Positions 7,723-16,060 of a stretch of DNA of 45,581 nt are shown in pieces. The stretch comes from Thermomicrobiales bacterium. Lineage in GTDB: Bacteria > Chloroflexota > Chloroflexia > Thermomicrobiales > UBA6265. The notes below the pieces were generated by a model that was not told the DNA's origin, did not search any database, and was given only the letters and a program-made list of their open reading frames with translations. The stretch is taken from positions 1 through 45,581 of the forward strand of contig DATLHE010000178.1 in assembly GCA_035540335.1 (NCBI GenBank), read 5' to 3'. Numbering within the stretch: the first letter of the stretch is position 1; each line of letters starts with the position of its first letter. Made by a program: the position numbers and the translations under genes.

Positions 7723-9549
7723 CTAGGGGATGGTGGACGTGTTGATCTTTCGCAGCAGGTACATGGGCCGGGACTCGCCGTCGAGCCACGACGAGTAGCG
7801 GGCCTCGCGCACAACCTCATACTGGGGCAACTCGCGGGTTGATACCACATACATCGAGGTCGTCGCCGGCCCGAAGAGATCGGTCCACCACGGGCCATGC
7901 GGGGTCTGCTGGTCGATGTTGTTCGCGATCGAGTACTCGTAGAGGTAGTAGCCGTCCCAGCTGGCGCCGGCGTCGAGCGCGGTGATCGGCACGCCCATGG
8001 CGCGCGCCTCCCGCGCCAGGTCCCATGTCGCGTCCTGGAAGACGAGCAGGTCGCGGGTGCCGGCGATCGAGAAGGCGGCATAGACGGCGACCGCGATCCA
8101 GCCGAGCGGGAGCCAGAGCTTCGTCTCCCGCAGCGCCCAGAGCAGCAGCGCGATCGCGATCGGGAGCAGCGGCAACAGATAGCGATCGACCGAGATGATC
8201 CAGTTCCGGAAGTGGAACGACGGCGGCAGGACGCCGATGACCTGCCAGATGCCGATCATCGCCAGCAGCGAGGCGCTGGCGCGACCCGGGGCGGCCCGCG
8301 CGAAGAGGCGGCGCGAGAGGGCGAGCGCGAAAAGGACGGACGAGGCAAGGAAGACCCAGGTGAAAGCTTTTCGCAGGTCATAGTCGATGACGCCCGGGCG
8401 GCCGCCCTGGAGATCGGTCGGTCCGATGCCCTGGAAGCCGGCGTACTGGGCGATGTAGGGCATGTACTTGTCCCGTCCGGCGAAGACGAGATAGCCGGCG
8501 AGGGCGATGGCGATCCAGAGGCCGAGGAAGATGCGGCCGCCGCGCGTCGACGGCAGGCGGAGCGAGCGCAGGTGCGGCACGATCGCGAGGGTGATCGGCA
8601 GCAGGAAGAAGCCGAGGTAGGCGATCTCGATGTAGGTCATCCGGCTGATGAGAATGCGCGACTCGTAGACGCCGGCCTCCGTCATCTGGCTGAGGAACTC
8701 GCTCTGCTGCTCGGGCGCGCCGTGCGAGAGGAAGAGCCAGGCGTAGTAGGCCACCATCGTCAGCGCCGGAAAGCCGGCGACCAGCGCCGCGGTTCGGACG
8801 CCGGCCAGGTTCGGCCGCCAGCGTCCCGCGAGGAGGAGGTAGAGGCCGACGGCGAAGGGGATGAGCAGCCCCTGCTGGCGGACGAGGAAGGCGAGGGAGG
8901 CGACCGCCGAGGCGAGGACGATGACGCGGGGACTGGCGCACTCCGGGCGCAGGCCGCGGATGTAGAGCCATGTCGAAATCACCAGCAGGGCGGTGAAGTG
9001 CGGGTCGGTCATGAAGGTGAAGGCGAGGCCGAAGGTGAGCGGGTTGAAGAGGTAGACGGCCGTGCCGAGCGCCGACCGGTGGCGGGAAACGCCCATGTCG
9101 CGGCAGAGCGCGTACATCGCGCCGCCGCTGAGGAGGACGATGGCGATCGTCGAGGCGCGGGTGGAGGCGAAGGAGACGTCGGCCAGCGAGAAGAGCGCGC
9201 CCCAGGCGACCTGGAAGACGAGCGTGACGACGGAGAGGTCGAGGATGTGCATCCGGCCGTCGTTGACGAGGATCTCGACCGAGCGGGTATAGACCCAGTC
9301 GTCGCCGACCGGCGCGTCCGCCATCCAGGGGATCACGAGCAGCGAGGCGAGGAAGAGGGCGAAGACGGCGATGACCGGCCAGAGCGATTCCGCCGGGTGG
9401 CTCGCGACGTCCGGGGGCGCGGCCGTGGAGACGGCGGGCCGGGCGTGGCCGTTCGGGGAGATCGCGGGGCGGGAACCGTTTGCCACGGCCGGGCGGCTGG
9501 CGCGGGCGTTCTGTCGTTGGCGCTTCCGTCTCGTGCGGGCGTTGCTCAT
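7723..9549 (-). CDS. Large GT-C fold membrane glycosyltransferase (third PMT/ArnT-like enzyme)
   Basis: The start MSNARTRRKRQR.. (ATG 9549) lies inside the 642-aa ORF. It has a basic cytoplasmic N-terminus and at least 10 TM segments. The first loop carries ADAPVGDDWVYTRS, an acidic DD motif. A roughly 130-aa soluble C-terminal domain follows. Confidence 0.7.
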   Translation of the reverse strand: MSNARTRRKRQRQNARASRPAVANGSRPAISPNGHARPAVSTAAPPDVASHPAESLWPVIAVFALFLASLLVIPWMADAPVGDDWVYTRSVEILVNDGRMHILDLSVVTLVFQVAWGALFSLADVSFASTRASTIAIVLLSGGAMYALCRDMGVSRHRSALGTAVYLFNPLTFGLAFTFMTDPHFTALLVISTWLYIRGLRPECASPRVIVLASAVASLAFLVRQQGLLIPFAVGLYLLLAGRWRPNLAGVRTAALVAGFPALTMVAYYAWLFLSHGAPEQQSEFLSQMTEAGVYESRILISRMTYIEIAYLGFFLLPITLAIVPHLRSLRLPSTRGGRIFLGLWIAIALAGYLVFAGRDKYMPYIAQYAGFQGIGPTDLQGGRPGVIDYDLRKAFTWVFLASSVLFALALSRRLFARAAPGRASASLLAMIGIWQVIGVLPPSFHFRNWIISVDRYLLPLLPIAIALLLWALRETKLWLPLGWIAVAVYAAFSIAGTRDLLVFQDATWDLAREARAMGVPITALDAGASWDGYYLYEYSIANNIDQQTPHGPWWTDLFGPATTSMYVVSTRELPQYEVVREARYSSWLDGESRPMYLLRKINTSTIP

Positions 9550-9714
9550 GGACGACGTCGACCCTCTCCAAACAGGAAACCGGCAGGCGAATCGCGCCCG
9601 CCGCACGCGCACAGGGTAGCCGAGATGCGCCGGTCGATCATCAAATTGCATCCCGGCGTCATGTCGTTCACCATTTCACCATACGTCAGCGAGCGGACAA
9701 GACGATTCGAAGGG

Positions 9715-11496
9715 ATGGACGGCGTGACTGAGGGCAACATCCGGCGCGTGCTGGTCGCCAACCGCGGCGAGATCGCGATTCGCATCATGCGTGCCTGCCG
9801 GGAGATGGGCATCGCGTCCGTGGCGGTCTATGGCGACGGCGAGGAGCGCGCGCCGCACGTGCGCTACGCCGACGACGCCTGGCGAATCCCGGACGGCCCG
9901 GGCCTGCCCTACCTGCGGATCGAGGGGCTGATCGACGTCGCCAAACGCGCCGGGGCGGACGCCGTGCACCCCGGGTACGGCTTCCTGGCCGAGAACGCGG
10001 CGTTCGCGCGAGCGACGGTCGAGGCCGGGCTCGTGTTCATCGGCCCGCCGGCGGAGGCCATCGCGGCGATGGGCAACAAGGTCGAGGCGCGCCGGATTGC
10101 GACCGGCGCGGGGGTGTCGCCGGTGCCGGGGACGCCCGGCCCGGTCGCCTCAGCCGAGGAGGCGCGGGCGTGGGCGGACGCGCACGGCTATCCCGTGGCT
10201 GTGAAGGCGTCTGGCGGTGGAGGAGGGCGCGGCTTCCGCGTCGCGCGCGACGCGTCGGAGATCGAGGCGGCGTTCGCGGGCAGCCGGGGCGAGGCGGAGC
10301 GTTACTTTGCGAACCCCGAGGTCTACCTGGAGCGCTACCTGGAGCAGCCGCGGCACATCGAGGTGCAGGTCTTCGCGGATGCGCACGGCGGGGTGGTCGC
10401 CTTCCCGGAGCGCGATTGCTCGATCCAGCGGCGGCACCAGAAGCTGGTCGAGGAGTCGCCCTCGCCGGCCGTCGACGCCGCGCTGCGGGAGCGGTTCCAG
10501 GCGGCGACCGGGGCGCTGGTGCGCGCGGTGGACTACCGCGGGGCGGGGACGGTCGAATACCTGCTGGACCGCGGCGGCGAGTTCTTCTTCCTGGAGATGA
10601 ACACGCGCATCCAGGTCGAGCACACGATCACCGAGATGGTGACCGGCATCGACCTCATCCGCGAGCAGATCCGGGTGGCATCCGGCGCGCCGCTCTCGTT
10701 CGGCGCGGCGGATGTGACGCCGCGGGGCTGGGCGATCGAGTGCCGGATCAACGCGGAGGATGCGTCGCGGCAGTTCGCGCCGGTCGCGGGGACGATCACG
10801 CGCGACCGGGAGCCCGCCGGGTTCGGCGTGCGCGTCGACGGCGCGCTGCGCGAGGGCGACCAGATCCTGCCGGCGTACGACTCGATGATCGCCAAGCTTA
10901 TCGTGTGGGGGCGCGACCGCGACGAGGCAATCTCGCGGATGCGGAGGGCGCTCGCCGACTACGAGATCGGCGGCGTGCCGACGACGATCCCGTTCCATCA
11001 GCGGGTCATGGCGCACCCGGCGTTCGTCGCCGGCGAGGCGACGACGACGTTCCTCGTCGACCATCCCGACGTGCTGGAGATCGCGGCAGCGAGCCAGGAG
11101 GAGGCGAGCGCGGCCGCGGATGGCGCGGTCGACGAGCGCACGCGCCTGATCGTCGAGGTCGGGGGCCGCCGCTTCGACGTCGCGGTCGCGGGACTGGCGT
11201 CCGTAGCGACGACCAATGGCCGGTCGCGGGCCAAGCGGTCCGGGCGGCCGCGGGCGGCAAGTGCAGCGGCGGCGGGCAACGCGCTGGTGAGCCCGATCCA
11301 GGGAACCGTGTTGCGCGTGGCGGTGGAGCCGGGGCAGGCGGTGGCGGCCGGGGACCTCATCTGCGTCGTCGAGGCGATGAAGATGGAGAACGAGCTGACG
11401 GCGCACCGGGACGGGGTCGTGACGGAGGTCGGTGTCGCGGCCGGGGGGACGGTGCAGATCGGGACGGTGGTCGCGACGATCGAGGACGCGGGGTAG
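9715..11496 (+). CDS. Biotin carboxylase fused to a biotin carboxyl carrier domain (acyl-CoA carboxylase alpha subunit)
   Basis: RVLVANRGEIAIRIMRACREMGI.. is an ATP-grasp biotin carboxylase. The C-terminal lipoyl-like domain has the biotinylation motif EAMKMENE. The upstream 600 codons of the 1199-aa track ORF are antisense to the GT-C gene and are not coding. The start at ATG 9715 (MDGVTEGNIRR) is the most typical; other in-frame ATGs lie upstream, e.g. 9661. Confidence 0.9.
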   Translation: MDGVTEGNIRRVLVANRGEIAIRIMRACREMGIASVAVYGDGEERAPHVRYADDAWRIPDGPGLPYLRIEGLIDVAKRAGADAVHPGYGFLAENAAFARATVEAGLVFIGPPAEAIAAMGNKVEARRIATGAGVSPVPGTPGPVASAEEARAWADAHGYPVAVKASGGGGGRGFRVARDASEIEAAFAGSRGEAERYFANPEVYLERYLEQPRHIEVQVFADAHGGVVAFPERDCSIQRRHQKLVEESPSPAVDAALRERFQAATGALVRAVDYRGAGTVEYLLDRGGEFFFLEMNTRIQVEHTITEMVTGIDLIREQIRVASGAPLSFGAADVTPRGWAIECRINAEDASRQFAPVAGTITRDREPAGFGVRVDGALREGDQILPAYDSMIAKLIVWGRDRDEAISRMRRALADYEIGGVPTTIPFHQRVMAHPAFVAGEATTTFLVDHPDVLEIAAASQEEASAAADGAVDERTRLIVEVGGRRFDVAVAGLASVATTNGRSRAKRSGRPRAASAAAAGNALVSPIQGTVLRVAVEPGQAVAAGDLICVVEAMKMENELTAHRDGVVTEVGVAAGGTVQIGTVVATIEDAG

Positions 11497-11527
11497 GCCG
11501 CGCTGATCGAAGAAACAGATCCCTGTA

Positions 11528-11550
11528 GCGCCGGGTCTTGTACCCGGCGC
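11528..11550 (+). terminator. GC-rich hairpin immediately after the carboxylase stop (terminator/REP-like, CTTGT-loop family)
   Basis: GCGCCGGGT-cttgt-ACCCGGCGC forms a 9-bp stem and is followed by TGTCGTGT. There is no strong U-tract. Confidence 0.4.
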
Positions 11551-11559
11551 TGTCGTGTC

Positions 11560-11740
11560 ACATCAACGCGGTGCTTTTGCACAGAGGGAAGGGCGGCCGT
11601 ACCCGAATCCACCCACTCTGAGCGGGTGTGGCTCACCCTTCGGGTTCGGCCATGGCCAGTCCTTGCCTGCGGCTCGGCCGGTTCCGCCCGTACAACCGGC
11701 CTTCGTGGCCGGTACTTCGGTTTCGCGCGAGCCGCCGCCC
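11560..11740. repeat. Interspersed repeat modules between the carboxylase gene and the mraZ promoter
   Basis: 11651-11700 (CCTTGCCTGCGGCTCGGCCGGTTCCGCCCGTACAACCGG) matches modules at 466-516 and 42168-42218. A hairpin ACCGGCC-ttcgt-GGCCGGT directly follows it. Confidence 0.7.
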
Positions 11741-11767
11741 CCATCATCGCGGAACGGCTCGCGTCAC

Positions 11768-11796
11768 TCGACATTCGGTGTCCGTACACGTATGCT
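11768..11796 (+). promoter_or_regulatory. Candidate sigma-70 type promoter of the mraZ/dcw operon
   Basis: TCGACA (11768-11773), exactly 17 nt, then TATGCT (11791-11796). The phased GTGG boxes begin directly downstream. Confidence 0.5.
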
Positions 11797-11842
11797 GTGG
11801 ATAAGAGTGGAGCGAAGTGGGGATAAGTGGCTGGTTTTGTGG
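11797..11842 (+). promoter_or_regulatory. Candidate MraZ operator: five phased GTGG direct repeats
   Basis: GTGG sits at 11797, 11807, 11817, 11827 and 11839 (spacings 10, 10, 10, 12). Three boxes are in an A(A/G)GTGG context. The array lies directly downstream of the -10 hexamer and about 130 nt upstream of mraZ. Confidence 0.55.
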
Positions 11843-11973
11843 ATATCCCCACCGGCATCCCACCCCGCTGACTCTTCCGCAGTTCAGCTCGTGCCGTCCC
11901 CGCAGCGGTTCGTCAGGCACAACCGGCGCCGGGTGTGCTCATCGTGACCTTGCGCGGACAGGACCACGACGCC

Positions 11974-12402
11974 ATGTTTCTGGGCCGTCATTCGCACAAC
12001 CTGGACGAAAAGGGACGCCTGGCGATCCCGGCGCGCTTTCGCGAGCTGCTCGCCGAGGGGCTCGTGCTGACGCGCGGCATCGACCAGTGTCTCGCGGCCT
12101 ACCCGCGCCCGGCGTGGGAGCGGCTGGCCGAGAAGATCAGCGCGCTCTCGATGGCGGACCGGGATGCCCGGCTGTTCCGGCGGATGGTGTTTGCCGAGGC
12201 GGTCGACGTCGCGCTCGATGGGCAGGGGCGGATCGTCGTCCCCGCCGAGCTGCGGCGCTACGCCGGGATCGAGCGGGAGGCGATCGTCGTCGGCGTGCAC
12301 ACGTCGATCGAGATCTGGAGCCCCGCCCGGTGGGCCGAGGTCTCCGGGCAGGTCGAGGACAGCGGCGAGGAGATCGCCGCCCGGCTCGCCGGGATGCTGT
12401 AG
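11974..12402 (+). CDS. mraZ: Transcriptional regulator MraZ
   Basis: MFLGRHSHNLDEKGRLAIPARFR.. and a second ..DGQGRIVVPAELR.. are the duplicated SpoVT-AbrB/MraZ halves. I chose the canonical MF start at 11974 rather than the track start at 11935. Confidence 0.9.
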   Translation: MFLGRHSHNLDEKGRLAIPARFRELLAEGLVLTRGIDQCLAAYPRPAWERLAEKISALSMADRDARLFRRMVFAEAVDVALDGQGRIVVPAELRRYAGIEREAIVVGVHTSIEIWSPARWAEVSGQVEDSGEEIAARLAGML

Positions 12403-12476
12403 CATCCTTTCTGGCATCGGGCAGGACGCGCACTGAGCACTCACGAGGGCCCGAGCCGATCATTCTGGAATCGTTG

Positions 12477-13460
12477 ATGAATGCTGCTTCGCCCGCCAAC
12501 GGGCACATCACCGTCTTGCTGGAGGAGGCCGTGGACGCGCTGCGCCCGCGGTCCGGCGGCGTCTACGTCGACGGCACCTTCGGCGGCGGGGGGCATACCG
12601 GCCTGCTGCTTTCGCGGGTCGACGGTGAGGCGACGGTCTACGCGATCGACGCCGATCCGCAGGCGATCCACCGCGCCGAGGCGCTGGCGGCGACCCCGTC
12701 CGGCGCCGGAGTGACGCCGGTGCACGCCAACTTTCGAGGTTTGGATCGCGTGGCCGAGCGCCTTGGCATCGACGGCGTCGACGGCGTGCTGCTCGATCTC
12801 GGGCTGTCGTCGTTCCAGCTCGACGAGGCCGAGCGCGGCTTCGCGTTCCGCTTCGCGGGACCGCTGGACATGCGCTTCGACCCGACCACCGGGCCATCGG
12901 CGGCCGACCTCGTCAACACGCTGGAGACGGACGAGCTGGCGCGGCTGCTCTGGCAGTACGGCGAGGAGTCGAGCTCGCGCCGCATCGCGCGGGTGATCGT
13001 CGAGCGGCGGGCACGGGCGCCGATCGAAACCACGACCGAGCTTGCGGAGTTGGTAGAGGCAGCGGTCGGCGGCCGGCGCGGCAAGGCGATCCATCCCGCG
13101 ACCAAGACGTTCCAGGCGCTGCGGATCGCGGTCAACGAGGAGCTGGCGGCGCTGGAGTCGGCGCTGGGGGCGGCGGTCTCGCTCTTGCGTCCGGGTGGGC
13201 GACTGGTGGTGATCTCCTTCCATTCGCTCGAGGACCGCATCGTCAAGCAGACGATCGCCGCGGAATCCGCGACCTGCATCTGCCCGCCGGATCAGCCGGT
13301 GTGCACCTGCGATCACCAGCCGCGGCTGCGGCGGATCGGCAAGCCGGTGCGTCCGGGCGCCAACGAGATCGACATCAATCCGCGGAGCCGTTCGGCGATC
13401 ATGCGCATCGCCGAGCGCCTGCCCGCGACGGGAACTGACGAGGTGAGACCAGGGGCATGA
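12477..13460 (+). CDS. rsmH: 16S rRNA (cytosine1402-N4)-methyltransferase RsmH
   Basis: HITVLLEEAVDAL..VDGTFGGGGHT..SFHSLEDRIVK are hallmark RsmH motifs. The start is MNAASPANG at 12477, inside the longer track ORF. Confidence 0.9.
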   Translation: MNAASPANGHITVLLEEAVDALRPRSGGVYVDGTFGGGGHTGLLLSRVDGEATVYAIDADPQAIHRAEALAATPSGAGVTPVHANFRGLDRVAERLGIDGVDGVLLDLGLSSFQLDEAERGFAFRFAGPLDMRFDPTTGPSAADLVNTLETDELARLLWQYGEESSSRRIARVIVERRARAPIETTTELAELVEAAVGGRRGKAIHPATKTFQALRIAVNEELAALESALGAAVSLLRPGGRLVVISFHSLEDRIVKQTIAAESATCICPPDQPVCTCDHQPRLRRIGKPVRPGANEIDINPRSRSAIMRIAERLPATGTDEVRPGA

Positions 13461-14902
13461 CACGTTTTCTTCTTCGGGATGTCCTGGCCGGCACGGGCGG
13501 CGAGCTGCGCGGCGAGCTGCCGGACGAGACCGTGTTCGCGGCGCTGGAGCGCGACTCGCGCGTGGTGCAGCGCGGCGACCTGTTCATCGCCGTGAAGGGC
13601 GAGCGGCTCGACGGGCACGTCTTCGTGCCGCAGGCCATCCAGAACGGCGCGCGGGCGGCGATCGTCTCCCGGGCGTGGGCGGATGAGCACCCGGACGCCG
13701 GGATCCCGCTGGTCGTCGTCGACGAGCCGGTGAAGGCGCTGCAGCGCTGGGCCGCCTGGCGGCGGGACCAGCTCAATGTCCGGGTGATCGGCATCACCGG
13801 CAGCGTCGGCAAGACGAGCGCGAAGGAGTCGATCGCGGCCGTCCTCGGCCAGCGCTTCCGCGTGCACAAGAGCCCCGGCAACTTCAACAACGAGATCGGG
13901 CTGCCCCTGACGCTGCTGGAGACGCCGCCGGACACCGATGTGCTGGTGCTGGAGATGGGCGGCGCCTATGCGTTCGGCGAGCTGACGCTGCTGGCGGGTA
14001 TCGCGAAGCCGGACGTCGGGGTCGTGACGAACATCTACCCGGTGCATCTGGAGCGGATGGGCACGATCGAGGCGATCGCGCAGACCAAGCGTGAGCTCGT
14101 CGAGGCGATCCCCGAGGGCGGGCTCGTCGTGCTGAACGCCGACGATGCGCGCGTGCGGGCGATGGCGTCGGCCGCGAAGGGCCGCATCCTCACCTACGGG
14201 CTCGACGAGCCGGCGGACATCCGCGCCGGCGGGGTGCGGACCGAGGGGCTGAAGGGAACGAGCTTCTGGGTCTCGATCGAGGGCGAGGAGACATCGCTGA
14301 AGGTGCCGTTCGTCGGCGCGCAGGGCGTGCAGATCGCGCTCGTCGCGCTGGCGGTCGGGCACGGCTTCGGGATGCATGTCTCCGAGATGCTGGTCGGGCT
14401 GCAGGACCCGTCGGTGCAGGTGCGACTGCTGTTCGTGCCCGGGCCGTCGGGGGCGCAGCTGATCGACGACACCTACAACGCGAGCACCCCGTCCGTGCTG
14501 GCGGCGCTCGGCATCCTTGACGAGATCCCGGCGCGGCGGAAGGTCGCCGTGCTCGGGGAGATGCGCGAGCTCGGCGAGCTGAGCGAGGGTGAGCACCGCA
14601 TCGTCGGCGGCCGCGCCGGCGACGTCGTCGACGTGCTGGTCACGTTCGGCGACCTGGCGCGGGCGACGCTCGAGGAGGCGGGCACGGCCGACCGGCCGCC
14701 CGACCGGCCACTGGCGCTGCACTCCTTCGGCCTGCATGAGCGCGAGGAGCTGGTCGACTTCCTCCGGAACGAGCTGCGCGAGGGAGACATCGTGCTGCTG
14801 AAGGGCTCACGCGGGCTCGAGATGGAGACCATCGTGACCGCGCTGCGATCCGATGCCGGGCCGCAGGACGACGGCGCACGTGGGCGAGCGGCGTCCATAT
14901 GA
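13457..14902 (+). CDS. murF: UDP-N-acetylmuramoyl-tripeptide--D-alanyl-D-alanine ligase MurF
   Basis: Mur ligase layout with P-loop GITGSVGKTS, and DDTYNAS in the C-terminal domain. ATGA overlap with the rsmH stop (13457-13460). Confidence 0.9.
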   Translation: MTRFLLRDVLAGTGGELRGELPDETVFAALERDSRVVQRGDLFIAVKGERLDGHVFVPQAIQNGARAAIVSRAWADEHPDAGIPLVVVDEPVKALQRWAAWRRDQLNVRVIGITGSVGKTSAKESIAAVLGQRFRVHKSPGNFNNEIGLPLTLLETPPDTDVLVLEMGGAYAFGELTLLAGIAKPDVGVVTNIYPVHLERMGTIEAIAQTKRELVEAIPEGGLVVLNADDARVRAMASAAKGRILTYGLDEPADIRAGGVRTEGLKGTSFWVSIEGEETSLKVPFVGAQGVQIALVALAVGHGFGMHVSEMLVGLQDPSVQVRLLFVPGPSGAQLIDDTYNASTPSVLAALGILDEIPARRKVAVLGEMRELGELSEGEHRIVGGRAGDVVDVLVTFGDLARATLEEAGTADRPPDRPLALHSFGLHEREELVDFLRNELREGDIVLLKGSRGLEMETIVTALRSDAGPQDDGARGRAASI

Positions 14903-15960
14903 ACCTCCCCATGGTCCTGCTGGACATCCTGGAGCCGTTGCGCGTCGACGCCGTGATGCCGCACGACGACAACGAGAACATGGCGGTCTCGCTGGCGCTG
15001 GGCGCGATGGCGTTCGTCTTCACGATCATCATCGGTCGGCCGATCATCACCTACCTGCGGCAGCGCAAGGTCGGCAAGAAGATCCGGATCGAGCTGGAGC
15101 AGCATTTCGGCAAGGCCGGCACGCCGACGATGGGCGGGATCATCATCACCATCGCGGTCGTGGTCCTGACGCTGGTGTTCAATACCGCGGGTAGGCTCTC
15201 GATGCTGCTGCCGGTGGCGGTGCTGGTCTCCTGCGGCGCGCTCGGCGCGATCGACGACGGCATGAATCTCGTCGGCGGCAAGGGCAGCGGCATGACCGGG
15301 CGATTCAAGTTCGCCTGGCTGCTGGTCTTCGCCGTCGCCGCCGCCTTCGTCCTGCACCTGCCCGATCCGTGGGGGCTAGGCCTCCACCACATGTACATCC
15401 CGTTCTTCGGGCGGTTCGACATCGGATGGGTCTACCTGCCGATCGCGGCGTTCGCGATCATCGGCATGGCGAACGCGGTGAACCTGACCGACGGGCTGGA
15501 CACGCTCTCGGCGGGCACGGCGGCGATCGCCTTCGTGGCCTACGGCATCATCGCCTACCGCCAGGGACAGCTCGGCGTCGTGACGTTCTGCTTCACGATG
15601 GTCGGCTCGCTGATGGGTTTCCTCTGGTTCAACGCCAATCCGGCGCAGGTCTTCATGGGGGACACCGGCTCGCTGGCGATCGGCGCCTCGCTGGCGACGG
15701 CGGCGTTCATGACCGGTCAGTGGCTGCTGCTGCCGATCGTCGGCGCGGTGTTCGTGGCCGAGACGCTGTCGGTCATGCTGCAGGTGACCTACTTCAAGAT
15801 CACGAAGCGGAAGTTCGGCGCCGGCCGCCGGCTGTTCCGGATGACCCCGCTGCATCATCACTTCGAGCGGCTGGGTTGGTCCGAGACGCAAGTCGCATTA
15901 CGATTCTGGCTGGTGGGGATGATGTCGGGCCTGCTCGGCGTCGCGCTCGCCTTGCTGTGA
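14899..15960 (+). CDS. mraY: Phospho-N-acetylmuramoyl-pentapeptide transferase MraY
   Basis: Polytopic membrane protein with the signature motifs NAVNLTDGLDTL and FMGDTGSLAIG. ATGA overlap with the murF stop (14899-14902). Confidence 0.92.
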   Translation: MNLPMVLLDILEPLRVDAVMPHDDNENMAVSLALGAMAFVFTIIIGRPIITYLRQRKVGKKIRIELEQHFGKAGTPTMGGIIITIAVVVLTLVFNTAGRLSMLLPVAVLVSCGALGAIDDGMNLVGGKGSGMTGRFKFAWLLVFAVAAAFVLHLPDPWGLGLHHMYIPFFGRFDIGWVYLPIAAFAIIGMANAVNLTDGLDTLSAGTAAIAFVAYGIIAYRQGQLGVVTFCFTMVGSLMGFLWFNANPAQVFMGDTGSLAIGASLATAAFMTGQWLLLPIVGAVFVAETLSVMLQVTYFKITKRKFGAGRRLFRMTPLHHHFERLGWSETQVALRFWLVGMMSGLLGVALALL

Positions 15961-16060
15961 TGATGGCCGTGGACTCCCTCGTACAACCGGCCCCGCAGCG
16001 GCAGGGCCGACCGTACGGCTGGTATGGCAGCCTGTTCGACAACAACGATGGACACCGCGC
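15961..16060. repeat. Repeat modules inside the mraY-murD spacer
   Basis: GTACAACCGGCC (compare 11691-11702). GCAGGGCCGACCGTACG (compare the same 17-mer near 42085-42101). TGGCAGCCTG at 16025-16034 matches the TGGCAGCCTT 10-mer at 9/10 positions. Confidence 0.6.

Noticed and set aside
9646-9674. Promoter for the carboxylase gene (TTGCAT-17-CACCAT).
   Set aside because: The spacing is right, but the -10 hexamer is weak and nothing else supports it. The evidence is too thin to list as a feature.
7897-9714. The N-terminal 600 codons of the 1199-aa plus-strand ORF, which would make a giant fusion protein ending in biotin carboxylase.
   Set aside because: This part is antisense to the well-supported GT-C gene (7723-9549). 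Its translation is Arg/Asp/Glu/Gly/Pro-rich low-complexity sequence typical of off-frame GC-rich DNA. The carboxylase has a canonical N-terminus starting at 9715.
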